NCBI GenBank assembly: GCA_032718475.1
Contig: JAUCBJ010009107.1
Span: 1 to 64,000, forward strand
DNA length: 64,000 bases
Source of the DNA: Nemertoderma westbladi
Lineage: Eukaryota; Animalia; Xenacoelomorpha
Reading direction: 5' to 3'
Shown: one piece after another, positions 1 through 12,600 of the stretch
How positions within the stretch are numbered: position 1 is the stretch's first letter
Layout: the number at the start of each line of letters is the position of its first letter
Notes under the pieces: generated by a model
What the model saw: only the letters and a program-made list of their open reading frames with translations
What the model was told of the DNA's origin: nothing
The model's database searches: none
Made by a program: the position numbers and the translations under genes

Positions 1-1942
1 CACACAGCTCAGCCTACAAATTGTCTGTCCAATCTGATCAGGTTTACACGCCTTCTGTTCAATACTGGCCTACAAACAAATAAAACTGACAGAAATAAGT
101 AAGCTCCAAAAGAAACAAGGGGTGTACAGTCCCTAATCTCTTAAACAGCCTACCGGTATACAACAATCAAATCGAATAATACTAGTGTACTTATACGGAA
201 GTAGGTACCGGTCCGGATGATCAGGCAGTCAGGCCTACTGGTTACCGGTCGACCGGTACTTTCGACTTTATTGCTTACTGCAATAAAGAAGCGATATCCT
301 TTAATGTTCGCGCTTTCAGACCTTTGGCAGTTTAACCCACCAAATCAAGATGTCTTCTAGATATTAAATCTGCTTTTAGTCTATGACAAGTATTTGATTC
401 ACTACACTAGTCGAAACCAATCCGTGCGCGACCATTCACCCGCTGGATATTCCCGGGAGATTGGGTTCGACGGTTTAATTTTTATTGCTATGTAAGCCTA
501 ATGTATTATTCGACTGACAGTATTATATAATCTCTGACAATATTATTCACCTTCGGTAATATTAACAGTTCCTTTAGGACGTGGCGCTTTATCTATATAA
601 ACAGAGTTATGACTTAAACTACTCACAACGATATGGCTTAATTATAATCCACATATATGACGCATTCTTTAGGAATTGCTTCTTTAACAGACTCACTCAT
701 ACACTATGCTGCACAATACTGCACACTAATCTGCCAATCTTCACTGATTTTAGTCACATATAAAAGGAACACAGGCTGACTCATGTAGGGTCTATCAAAT
801 AACATTAGATTCACTTCAAACCACTTTAACATAAGTCACAATCGTTATTGGTAACCTTTCTCTCTTACCTTCGGTATATCAAGAATATTGGGTTGCGGGG
901 TTATTTATCGTTATTCCAAATATAATAATTCATCAACCATATTATGAAGAACTGACAGTAAATAGCAGTATCAAACAACAACTGAACAGTTAGGTAGATC
1001 GGTACATCAGTACCGGTATGTCAGCAGTGAGATATTTACAGTGAGATATTCAAGTTAAAGGATATATGCCCTTTATAATTAAACCTACTAGTGTAAGACT
1101 AAAAACAGTAAGGCACAAAATACTTCCAAGCCGTTCTTTCTTTGGCTCAAGACTGAATGTAAACACTGCACATAGGCATTGCGTCATTTCTCGGAAATTT
1201 TCTGTACAAGGAGCCACAAAAACGCTCTAATTGGCTGACTGAACTGAGAGACGCCGTAGAACAAAGGAAATCAACACGTATGAATGTCAGCTGTTAACCG
1301 TAGTCATAGTAACTACTGTTCAAGAGTAGCTATCACCCCTTTGCGTCACGAATTGCCATAGAATCATAAAATATGCCTTTCACAGTACACATACGGAGGA
1401 AATAGGTCTTAGATCCTCTAAAAACACCGATACAGCAATAATACGGTCTCTTACACTTATTAAATCAACTACAGAGTATTTTAATGTAAAAGATAATAAA
1501 AATAACGGGGCAATTCAGCAAAGGCTTTTACACTTGGATATTAAATTGCTTCGCAGTCAATCAAGATAACAGCAAGCATTGGATTGGGAGGCGGCTAACC
1601 AATCAGATACAAGTATCACCGATCCTAAATACACACAGGTATGGCAATATTTATCTCAGTATGTCAGGGGTAGTCTAGTGAAGTTGAGATACAAATGAGT
1701 AGAGATGTTTCTTTACTTTACCAGCTGCTAAGTAATTGCACAGTATGGGGTTAATTGGGACAGGAATTATACAATTGGAAAAATAATGCATATGTTTGTG
1801 AACTTGTGGTAGTTATCAAGTAAAGTACAGTGATCTGTGAATGCGTGAGACACGAACCAGCAGAGGCAACACGAAGTCTCCTCTCGTTAAGCTGTTATCG
1901 ACAATTAAGTGGTATGATGTAGATGTGATGATGTTTCTAGTT

Positions 1943-3649
1943 GGTGACTCTGTAGGTGTGTGCGGTCTACTCTCTAGGTGTATGGTCTATTCTCTAGGTA
2001 TGTGTGGTGTACTCTCTAGGTGTGTGTGGTGTACTCTCTAGGTGTGTGTGGTCTACTCTCTAGGTGTGTGTGGTCTACTCTGTAGGTGTGTGTGGTCTAC
2101 TCTCTAGGTATGTATGGTCTACTCTGTAGGTGTGTGTGGTCTGCTCTCTAGGTGTGTGTGGTCTACTCTGTAGGTGTGTGTGGTCTACTCTGTAGGTGTG
2201 TGTGGTCTACTCTCTAGGTATGTATGGTCTACTCTGTAGGTGTGTGTGGTCTGCTCTCTAGGTGTGTGTGGTCTACTCTGTAGGTGTGTGTGGTCTACTC
2301 TGTAGGTGTGTGTGATCTACTCTCTAGGTGTATGGTCTACTCTCTAGGTATGTGTGGTCTACTCTATAGGTGTGTGTGGTCTACTCTGTAGGTGTGTGTG
2401 GTCTACTCTCTAGGTGTGTGTGGTCTACTTTGTAGGTGTGTGCGGTCTACTCTGTAGGTGTGTGTGGTCTACTCTCTAGGTGTATGGTCTACTCTCTAGG
2501 TATGTGTGGTCTACTCTCTAGGTGTGTGTGGTCTACTCTGTAGGTGTATGTGGTCTACTCTCTAGGTGTATGGTCTACTCTCTAGGTATGTGTGGTCTAC
2601 TCTCTAGGTGTGTGTGGTCTACTCTGTAGGTGTGTGTGGTCTACTCTCTAGGTATGTATGGTCTACTCTGTAGGTGTGTATGGTCTACTCTCTAGATGTG
2701 TATGGTCTACTCTGTAGGTGTATGTGGTCTACTCTGTAGGTGTGTGTGGTCTACTCTGTAGGTGTGTGTGGTCTACTCTCTAGGTATATATGGTCTACTC
2801 TGTAGGTGTGTGTGGTCTGCTCTCTAGGTGTGTGTGGTCTACTCTGTAGGTGTGTGTGGTCTACTCTGTAGGTGTGTGTGATCTACTCTCTAGGTGTATG
2901 GTCTACTCTCTAGGTGTGTATAGTCTGCTCTCTAGGTGTGTGTCGTCTACTCTGTAAGTGTGTGCGGTCTACTCTGTAGGTGTGTGTGGTCTGCTCTCCA
3001 GGTGTGTGTGGTCTACTCTGTAGGTGTGTGCGGTCTACTCTGTAGGTGTGTGTGGTCTGCTCTCCAGGTGTGTGTGGTCTACTCTGTATGTGTGTGCGGT
3101 CTACTCTGTAGGTGTGTGTGGTCTACTCTCTAGGTGTGTATGGTCTACTCTGTAGGTGTGTGTGGTCTGCTCTCTAGGTGTGTGTGGTCTACTCTGTAGG
3201 TGTGTGTGGTCTGCTCTCCAGGTGTGTGTGGTCTACTCTGTAGGTGTGTGCGGTCTACTCTGTAGGTGTGTGCGGTCTACTCTGTAGGTGTGTGTGGTCT
3301 ACTCTCTAGGTGTGTATAGTCTACTCTGTAGGTGTGTGTGGTCTGCTCTCTAGGTGTGTGTGGTCTACTCTCTAGGTGTGTTTGGTCTACTCTGTAGGTG
3401 TGTGTGGTCTGCTCTCTAGGTGTGTGTGGTCTACTCTGTAGGTGTGTGCGGTCTACTCTGTAGGTGTGTGTGGTCTACTCTCTAGGTATGTATGGTCTAC
3501 TCTGTAGGTGTGTGTGGTCTGCTCTCTAGGTGTGTGTGGTCTGCTCTCTAGGTGTGTGTGGTCTACTCTGTAGGTGTGTGTGGTCTACTCTTTAGGTGTG
3601 TGTGGTCTACTCTGTAGGTGTGTGTGGTCTACTCTGTAGGTGTGTTTGG
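1943..3649. repeat. 22-bp minisatellite (GGTCTACTCT[G/C]TAGGTGTGTGT), roughly 75-80 copies with some 20-bp variants
   Basis: Directly visible tandem unit; variants at tgtag/tctag/tccag, ctac/ctgc and gtgt/gtat. Confidence 0.97.
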
Positions 3650-6600
3650 TTAGTTATTGCCATGTTGTATTTTGCATCCGTCCTCGTTATTCTGCCCTCT
3701 AGCTATTGCTATGTTGTATTTTGCATCCGTTCTCGTTATTCTGCCCTCTAGCTATTGCTATTGTTGTATTTTGCATCCGTCCTCGTTATTCTGCCCTCTA
3801 GCTATTGCTATTGTTGTATTTTGTATCCGTCCTCGTTATTCTGCCCTCTAGCTATTGCTATTTTGTATTTTGTATCCGTCCTCGTTATTCTGACCTCTAG
3901 CTATTGCTATTGTTGTATTTTGCATCCGTCCTCGTTATTCTGACCTCTAGCTATTGCTATTGTTGTATTTTGCATCCGTCCTCGTTATTCTGACCTCTAG
4001 CTATTGCTATTGTTGTATTTTGCATCCGTCCTCGTTATTCTGCCCTCTAGCTATTGCTATTGTTGTATTTTGTATCCGTCCTCGTTATTCTGACCTCTAG
4101 CTATTGCTATTGTTGTATTTTGCATCCGTCCTCGTTATTCTGCCCTCTAGCTAATGCTATTGTTGTATTTTGCATCCGTCCTCGTTATTCTGCCCTCTAG
4201 CTATTGCTATTGTTGTATTTTGCATCCGTCCTCGTTATTCTGCCCTCTAGCTATTGCTATGTTGTATTTTGCATCCGTCCTCGTTATTCTGCCCTCTAGC
4301 TATTGCTATTGTTGTATTTTGCATCCGTCCTCGTTATTCTGCCCTCTAGCTATTGCTATTGTTGTATTTTGCATCCGTCCTCATTATTCTGCCCTCCAGC
4401 TATTGCTATTGTTGTATTTTGCATCCGTTCTCGTTATTCTGCCCTCTAGCTATTGCTATTGTTGTATTTTGTATCCGTCCTCGTTATTCTGCCCTCTAGC
4501 TATTGCTATTGTTGTATTTTGTATCCGTCCTCGTTATTCTGACCTCTAGCTATTGCTATTGTTGTATTTTGCATCCGTCCTCGTTATTCTGCCCTCTAGC
4601 TATTGCTATTGTTGTATTTTGTATCCGTCCTCGTTATTCTGCCCTCTAGCTATTGCTATTGTTGTATTTTGCATCCGTCCTCGTTATTCTGCCCTCTAGC
4701 TATTGCTATTGTTGTATTTTGTATCCGTCCTCGTTATTCTGCCCTCTAGCTATTGCTATTGTTGTATTTTGCATCCGTCCTCGTTATTCTGCCCTCTAGC
4801 TATTGCTATTGTTGTATTTTGCATCCGTCCTCGTTATTCTGCCCTCTAGCTATTGCTATTGTTGTATTTTGTATCCGTCCTCGTTATTCTGCCCTATAGC
4901 TATTGCTATTGTTGTATTTTGTATCCGTCCTCGTTATTCTGCCCTCTAGCTATTGCTATTTTGTATTTTGTATCCGTCCTCGTTATTCTGCCCTCTAGCT
5001 ATTGCTATTGTTGTATTTTGCATCCGTCCTCGTTATTCTGCCCTCTAGCTATTGCTATTTTGTATTTGGCATCCGTCCTCATTATTCTGCCCTCTAGCTA
5101 TTGCTATTGTTGTATTTTGCATCCGTCCTCGTTATTCTGCCCTCTAGCTATTGCTATTGTTGTATTTTGCATCCGTCCTCGTTATTCTGCCCTCTAGCTA
5201 TTGCTATTTTGTATTTTGTATCCGTCCTCGTTATTCTGCCCTCTAGCTATTGCTATTGTTGTATTTTGCATCCGTCCTCGTTATTCTGCCCTCTAGCTAT
5301 TGCTATTTTGTATTTTGCATCCGTCCTCGTTATTCTGCCCTCTAGCTATTGCTATTGTTGTATTTTGTATCCGTCCTCGTTATTCTGACCTCTAGCTATT
5401 GCTATTGTTGTATTTTGCATCCGTCCTCGTTATTCTGCCCTCTAGCTATTGCTATTGTTGTATTTTGCATCCGTCCTCGTTATTCTGCCCTCTAGCTATT
5501 GCTATGTTGTATTTTGCATCCGTCCTCGTTATTCTGCCCTCTAGCTATTGCTATGTTGTATTTTGCATCCGTCCTCGTTATTCTGCCCTCTAGCTATTGC
5601 TATGTTGTATTTTGCATCCGTCCTCGTTATTCTGCCCTCTAGCTATTGCTATGTTGTATTTTGCATCCGTCCTCATTATTCTGCCCTCCAGCTATTGCTA
5701 TTGTTGTATTTTGCATCCGTTCTCGTTATTCTGCCCTCTAGCTATTGCTATTGTTGTATTTTGTATCCGTCCTCGTTATTCTGACCTCTATCTATTACTA
5801 TTGTTGTATTTTGCATCCGTCCTCGTTATTCTGCCCTCTAGCTATTGCTATGTTGTATTTTGTATTTGTCCAGTTGTCCTCGTTATTCTGCCCTCTAGCT
5901 ATTGCTATTGTTGTATTTTGTATCCGTCCTCGTTATTCTGCCCTCTAGCTATTGCTATGTTGTATTTTGCATCCGTCCTCGTTATTCTGCCCTCTAGCTA
6001 TTGCTATGTTGTATTTTGCATCCGTCCTCGTTATTCTGCCCTCTAGCTATTGCTATGTTGTATTTTGCATCCGTCCTCGTTATTCTGCCCTCTAGCTATT
6101 GCTATGTTGTATTTTGTATTTGTCCAGTTGTCCTCGTTATTCTGCCCTCTAGCTATTGCTATTGTTGTATTTTGTATCCGTCCTCGTTATTCTGCCCTCT
6201 AGCTATTGCTATGTTGTATTTTGCATCCGTCCTCGTTATTCTGCCCTCTAGCTATTGCTATTGTTGTATTTTGTATCCGTCCTCGTTATTCTGACCTCTA
6301 GCTATTGCTATTGTTGTATTTTGCATCCGTCCTCGTTATTCTGCCCTCTAGCTATTGCTATTGTTGTATTTTGTATCCGTCCTCGTTATTCTGACCTCTA
6401 GCTATTGCTATTGTTGTATTTTGTATCCGTCCTCGTTATTCTGCCCTCTAGCTATTGCTATTGTTGTATTTTGCATCCGTCCTCGTTATTCTGCCCTCTA
6501 GCTATTGCTATTGTTGTATTTTGTATCCGTCCTCGTTATTCTGCCCTCTAGCTATTGCTATTGTTGTATTTTGCATCCGTCCTCGTTATTCTGCCCTCTA

Positions 6601-9600
6601 GCTATTGCTATTGTTGTATTTTGCATCCGTCCTCGTTATTCTGCCCTCTAGCTATTGCTATTGTTGTATTTTGTATCCGTCCTCGTTATTCTGACCTCTA
6701 GCTATTGCTATTGTTGTATTTTGTATCCGTCCTCGTTATTCTGCCCTCTAGCTATTGCTATTGTTGTATTTTGCATCCGTCCTCGTTATTCTGCCCTCTA
6801 GCTATTGCTATTGTTGTATTTTGTATCCGTCCTCGTTATTCTGCCCTCTAGCTATTGCTATTGTTGTATTTTGTATCCGTCCTCGTTATTCTGCCCTCTA
6901 GCTATTGCTATTGTTGTATTTTGTATCCGTCCTCGTTATTCTGACCTCTAGCTATTGCTATTGTTGTATTTTGCATCCGTCCTCGTTATTCTGCCCTCTA
7001 GCTATTGCTATTGTTGTATTTTGCATCCGTCCTCGTTATTCTGCCCTCTAGCTATTGCTATTGTTGTATTTTGCATCCGTCCTCGTTATTCTGCCCTCTA
7101 GCTATTGCTATTGTTGTATTTTGCATCCGCCCTCGTTATTCTGCCCTCTAGCTATTGCTATTGTTGTATTTTGTATCCGTCCTCGTTATTCTGCCCTCTA
7201 GCTATTGCTATTGTTGTATTTTGTATCCGTCCTCGTTATTCTGCCCTCTAGCTATTGCTATTGTTGTATTTTGCATCCGTCCTCGTTATTCTGCCCTCTA
7301 GCTATTGCTATTGTTGTATTTTGCATCCGTCCTCGTTATTCTGCCCTCTAGCTATTGCTATTGTTGTATTTTGCATCCGCCCTCGTTATTCTGCCCTCTA
7401 GCTATTGCTATTGTTGTATTTTGTATCCGTCCTCGTTATTCTGCCCTCTAGCTATTGCTATTGTTGTATTTTGTATCCGTCCTCGTTATTCTGCCCTCTA
7501 GCTATTGCTATTGTTGTATTTTGTATCCGTCCTCGTTATTCTGCCCTCTAGCTATTGCCATGTTGTATTTTGCATCCGTCTTCGTTATTCTGCCCTATAG
7601 CTATTGCTATTGTTGTATTTTGCATCCGTCCTCGTTATTCTGACCTCTAGCTATTGCTATTGTTGTATTTTGCATCCGTCCTCGTTATTCTGCCCTCTAG
7701 CTATTGCTATTGTTGTATTTTGCATCCGTCCTCGTTATTCTGCCCTCTAGCTATTGCTATTGTTGTATTTTGCATCCGTCCTCGTTATTCTGCCCTCTAG
7801 CTATTGCTATTGTTGTATTTTGCATCCGTCCTCGTTATTCTGCCCTCTAGCTATTGCTATTGTTGTATTTTGTATCCGTCCTCGTTATTCTGCCCTCTAG
7901 CTATTGCTATTGTTGTATTTTGCATCCGTCCTCGTTATTCTGCCCTCTAGCTATTGCTATTGTTGTATTTTGTATCCGTCCTCGTTATTCTGCCCTCTAG
8001 CTATTGCTATTGTTGTATTTTGTATCCGTCCTCGTTATTCTGCCCTCTAGCTATTGCTATTGTTGTATTTTGTATCCGTCCTCGTTATTCTGACCTCTAG
8101 CTATTGCTATTGTTGTATTTTGCATCCGTCCTCGTTATTCTGCCCTCTAGCTATTGCTATTGTTGTATTTTGCATCCGTCCTCGTTATTCTGCCCTCTAG
8201 CTATTGCTATTGTTGTATTCTGTATCCGTCCTCGTTATTCTGCCCTCTAGCTATTGCTATTGTTGTATTTTGCATCCGTCCTCGTTATTCTGCCCTCTAG
8301 CTATTGCTATGTTGTATTTTGCATCCGTCCTCGTTATTCTGCCCTCTAGCTATTGCTATGTTGTATTTTGTATCCGTCCTCGTTATTCTGCCCTCTAGCT
8401 ATTGCTATTGTTGTATTTTGCATCCGTCCTCGTTATTCTGCCCTCTAGCTATTGCTATTGTTGTATTTTGTATCCGTTCTCGTTATTCTGCCCTCTAGCT
8501 ATTGCTATTGTTGTATTTTGCATCCGTCCTCGTTATTCTGCCCTCTAGCTATTGCTATTGTTGTATTTTGTATCCGTCCTCGTTATTCTGCCCTCTAGCT
8601 ATTGCTATTGTTGTATTTTGTCTCCGTCCTCGTTATTCTGCCCTCTAGCTATTGCTATTGTTGTATTTTGTATCCGTCCTCGTTATTCTGACCTCTAGCT
8701 ATTGCTATTGTTGTATTTTGCATCCGTCCTCGTTATTCTGCCCTCTAGCTATTGCTATGTTGTATTTTGCATCCGTCCTCGTTATTCTGCCCTCTAGCTA
8801 TTGCTATTGTTGTATTTTGCATCCGTCCTCGTTATTCTGCCCTCTAGCTATTGCTATGTTGTATTTTGCATCCGTCCTCGTTATTCTGCCCTCTAGCTAT
8901 TGCTATGTTGTATTTTGCATCCGTCCTCGTTATTCTGCCCTCTAGCTATTGCTATTGTTGTATTTTGCATCCGTCCTCGTTATTCTGCCCTCTAGCTATT
9001 GCTATTGTTGTATTTTGCATCCGTCCTCGTTATTCTGCCCTCTAGCTATTGCTATGTTGTATTTTGCATCCGTCCTCGTTATTCTGCCCTCTAGCTATTG
9101 CTATTGTTGTATTTTGCATCCGTCCTCGTTATTCTGCCCTCTAGCTATTGCTATGTTGTATTTTGCATCCGTCCTCGTTATTCTGCCCTCTAGCTATTGC
9201 TATGTTGTATTTTGCATCCGTCCTCATTATTCTGCCCTCCAGCTATTGCTATTGTTGTATTTTGCATCCGTTCTCGTTATTCTGCCCTCTAGCTATTGCT
9301 ATTGTTGTATTTTGTATCCGTCCTCGTTATTCTGCCCTCTAGCTATTGCTATTTTGTATTTTGTATCCGTCCTCGTTATTCTGCCCTCTAGCTATTGCTA
9401 TTGTTGTATTTTGTATCCGTCCTCGTTATTCTGCCCTCTAGCTATTGCTATTGTTGTATTTTACATCCGTCCTCGTTATTCTGCCCTCTAGCTATTGTTA
9501 TTGTTGTATTTTGCATCCGTCCTCGTTATTCTGCCCTCTAGCTATTGCTATTGTTGTATTTTGTATCCGTCCTCGTTATTCTGCCCTCTAGCTATTGCTA

Positions 9601-12600
9601 TTGTTGTATTTTGTATCCGTCCTCGTTATTCTGACCTCTAGCTATTACTATTGTTGTATTTTGCATCCGTCCTCGTTATTCTGCCCTCTAGCTATTGCTA
9701 TTGTTGTATTTTGTATCCGTCCTCGTTATTCTGCCCTCTAGCTATTGCTATTGTTGTATTTTGTATCCGTCCTCGTTATTCTGCCCTCTAGCTATTGTCA
9801 TGTTGTATTTTGCATCCGTCCTCGTTATTCTGACCTCTAGCTATTACTATTGTTGTATTTTGCATCCGTCCTCGTTATTCTGCCCTCTAGCTATTGCTAT
9901 TGTTGTATTTTGTATCCGTCCTCGTTATTCTGCCCTCTAGCTATTGCTATTGTTGTATTTTGCATCCGTCCTCGTTATTCTGCCCTCTAGCTATTGCTAT
10001 TGTTGTATTTTGCATCCGTCCTCGTTATTCTGCCCTCTAGCTATTGCTATTGTTGTATTTTGTATCCGTCCTCGTTATTCTGCCCTCTAGCTATTGTCAT
10101 GTTGTATTTTGCATCCGTCCTCGTTATTCTGCCCTCTAGCTATTGCTATTGTTGTATTTTGTATCCGTCCTCGTTATTCTGACCTCTAGCTATTACTATT
10201 GTTGTATTTTGCATCCGTCCTCGTTATTCTGCCCTCTAGCTATTGCTATTGTTGTATTTTGTATCCGTCCTCGTTATTCTGCCCTCTAGCTATTGCTATT
10301 GTTGTATTTTGTATCCGTCCTCGTTATTCTGACCTCTAGCTATTACTATTGTTGTATTTTGCATCCGTCCTCGTTATTCTGCCCTCTAGCTATTGCTATT
10401 GTTGTATTTTGTATCCGTCCTCGTTATTCTGCCCTCTAGCTATTGCTATTGTTGTATTTTGTATCCGTCCTCGTTATTCTGCCCTCTAGCTATTGTCATG
10501 TTGTATTTTGCATCCGTCCTCGTTATTCTGCCCTCTAGCTATTGCTATTGTTGTATTTTGCATCCGTCCTCGTTATTCTGCCCTCTAGCTATTGCTATTG
10601 TTGTATTTTGTATCCGTCCTCGTTATTCTGCCCTCTAGCTATTGCTATTGTTGTATTTTGCATCCGTCCTCGTTATTCTGCCCTCTAGCTATTGCTATTG
10701 TTGTATTTTGCATCCGTCCTCGTTATTCTGCCCTCTAGCTATTGCTATTGTTGTATTTTGCATCCGTCCTCGTTATTCTGCCCTCTAGCTATTGCTCATG
10801 TTGTATTTTGCATCCGTCCTCGTTATTCTGCCCTCTAGCTATTGCTATTGTTGTATTTTGCATCCGTCCTCGTTATTCTGCCCTCTAGCTATTGCTATTG
10901 TTGTATTTTGCATCCGTCCTCGTTATTCTGCCCTCTAGCTATTGCTATTGTTGTATTTTGTATCCGTCCTCGTTATTCTGCCCTCTAGCTATTGCTATTG
11001 TTGTATTTTGTATCCGTCCTCGTTATTCTGCCCTCTAGCTATTGCTATTGTTGTATTTTGCATCCGTCCTCGTTATTCTGCCCTCTAGCTATTGCTATTG
11101 TTGTATTTTGCATCCGTCCTCGTTATTCTGCCCTCTAGCTATTGCTATTGTTGTATTTTGTATCCGTCCTCGTTATTCTGCCCTCTAGCTATTGCTATTG
11201 TTGTATTTTGTATCCGTCCTCGTTATTCTGCCCTCTAGCTATTGCTATTGTTGTATTTTGCATCCGTCCTCGTTATTCTGCCCTCTAGCTATTGCTATTG
11301 TTGTATTTTGCATCCGTCCTCGTTATTCTGCCCTCTAGCTATTGCTATTGTTGTATTTTGCATCCGTCCTCGTTATTCTGCCCTCTAGCTATTGCTATTG
11401 TTGTATTTTGTATCCGTCCTCGTTATTCTGCCCTCTAGCTATTGCTATTGTTGTATTTTGCATCCGTCCTCGTTATTCTGCCCTCTAGCTATTGCTATTG
11501 TTGTATTTTGTATCCGTCCTCGTTATTCTGCCCTCTAGCTATTGCTATTGTTGTATTTTGCATCCGTCCTCGTTATTCTGCCCTCTAGCTATTGCTATTG
11601 TTGTATTTTGTATCCGTCCTCGTTATTCTGCCCTCTAGCTATTGCTATTGTTGTATTTTGCATCCGTCCTCGTTATTCTGCCCTCTAGCTATTGCTATTG
11701 TTGTATTTTGCATCCGTCCTCGTTATTCTGCCCTCTAGCTATTGCTATTGTTGTATTTTGCATCCGTCCTCGTTATTCTGCCCTCTAGCTATTGCTATTG
11801 TTGTATTTTGCATCCGTCCTCGTTATTCTGCCCTCTAGCTATTGCTATTGTTGTATTTTGCATCCGTCCTCGTTATTCTGCCCTCTAGCTATTGCTATTG
11901 TTGTATTTTGTATCCGTCCTCGTTATTCTGCCCTCTAGCTATTGCTATTGTTGTATTTTGCATCCGTCCTCGTTATTCTGCCCTCTAGCTATTGCTATTG
12001 TTGTATTTTGCATCCGTCCTCGTTATTCTGCCCTCTAGCTATTGCTATTGTTGTATTTTGTATCCGTCCTCGTTATTCTGCCCTCTAGCTATTGCTATTG
12101 TTGTATTTTGCATCCGTCCTCGTTATTCTGCCCTCTAGCTATTGCTATTGTTGTATTTTGCATCCGTCCTCGTTATTCTGCCCTCTAGCTATTGCTATTG
12201 TTGTATTTTGTATCCGTCCTCGTTATTCTGCCCTCTAGCTATTGCTATTGTTGTATTTTGTATCCGTCCTCGTTATTCTGCCCTCTAGCTATTGCTATTG
12301 TTGTATTTTGTATCCGTCCTCGTTATTCTGCCCTCTAGCTATTGCTATTGTTGTATTTTGTATCCGTCCTCGTTATTCTGCCCTCTAGCTATTGCTATTG
12401 TTGTATTTTGTATCCGTCCTCGTTATTCTGCCCTCTAGCTATTGCTATTGTTGTATTTTGTATCCGTCCTCGTTATTCTGCCCTCTAGCTATTGCTATTG
12501 TTGTATTTTGTATCCGTCCTCGTTATTCTGCCCTCTAGCTATTGCTATTGTTGTATTTTGTATCCGTCCTCGTTATTCTGACCTCTAGCTATTACTATTG

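Noticed and set aside
1-1940. Promoter (CCAAT boxes ~1229 and ~1599, TGCGTCA ~1180 and ~1342) or short ORFs 581-763 and 1841-2041
   Set aside because: Such short motifs are expected by chance and no linked exon or homology was recognised; left unassigned, possibly old TE sequence.
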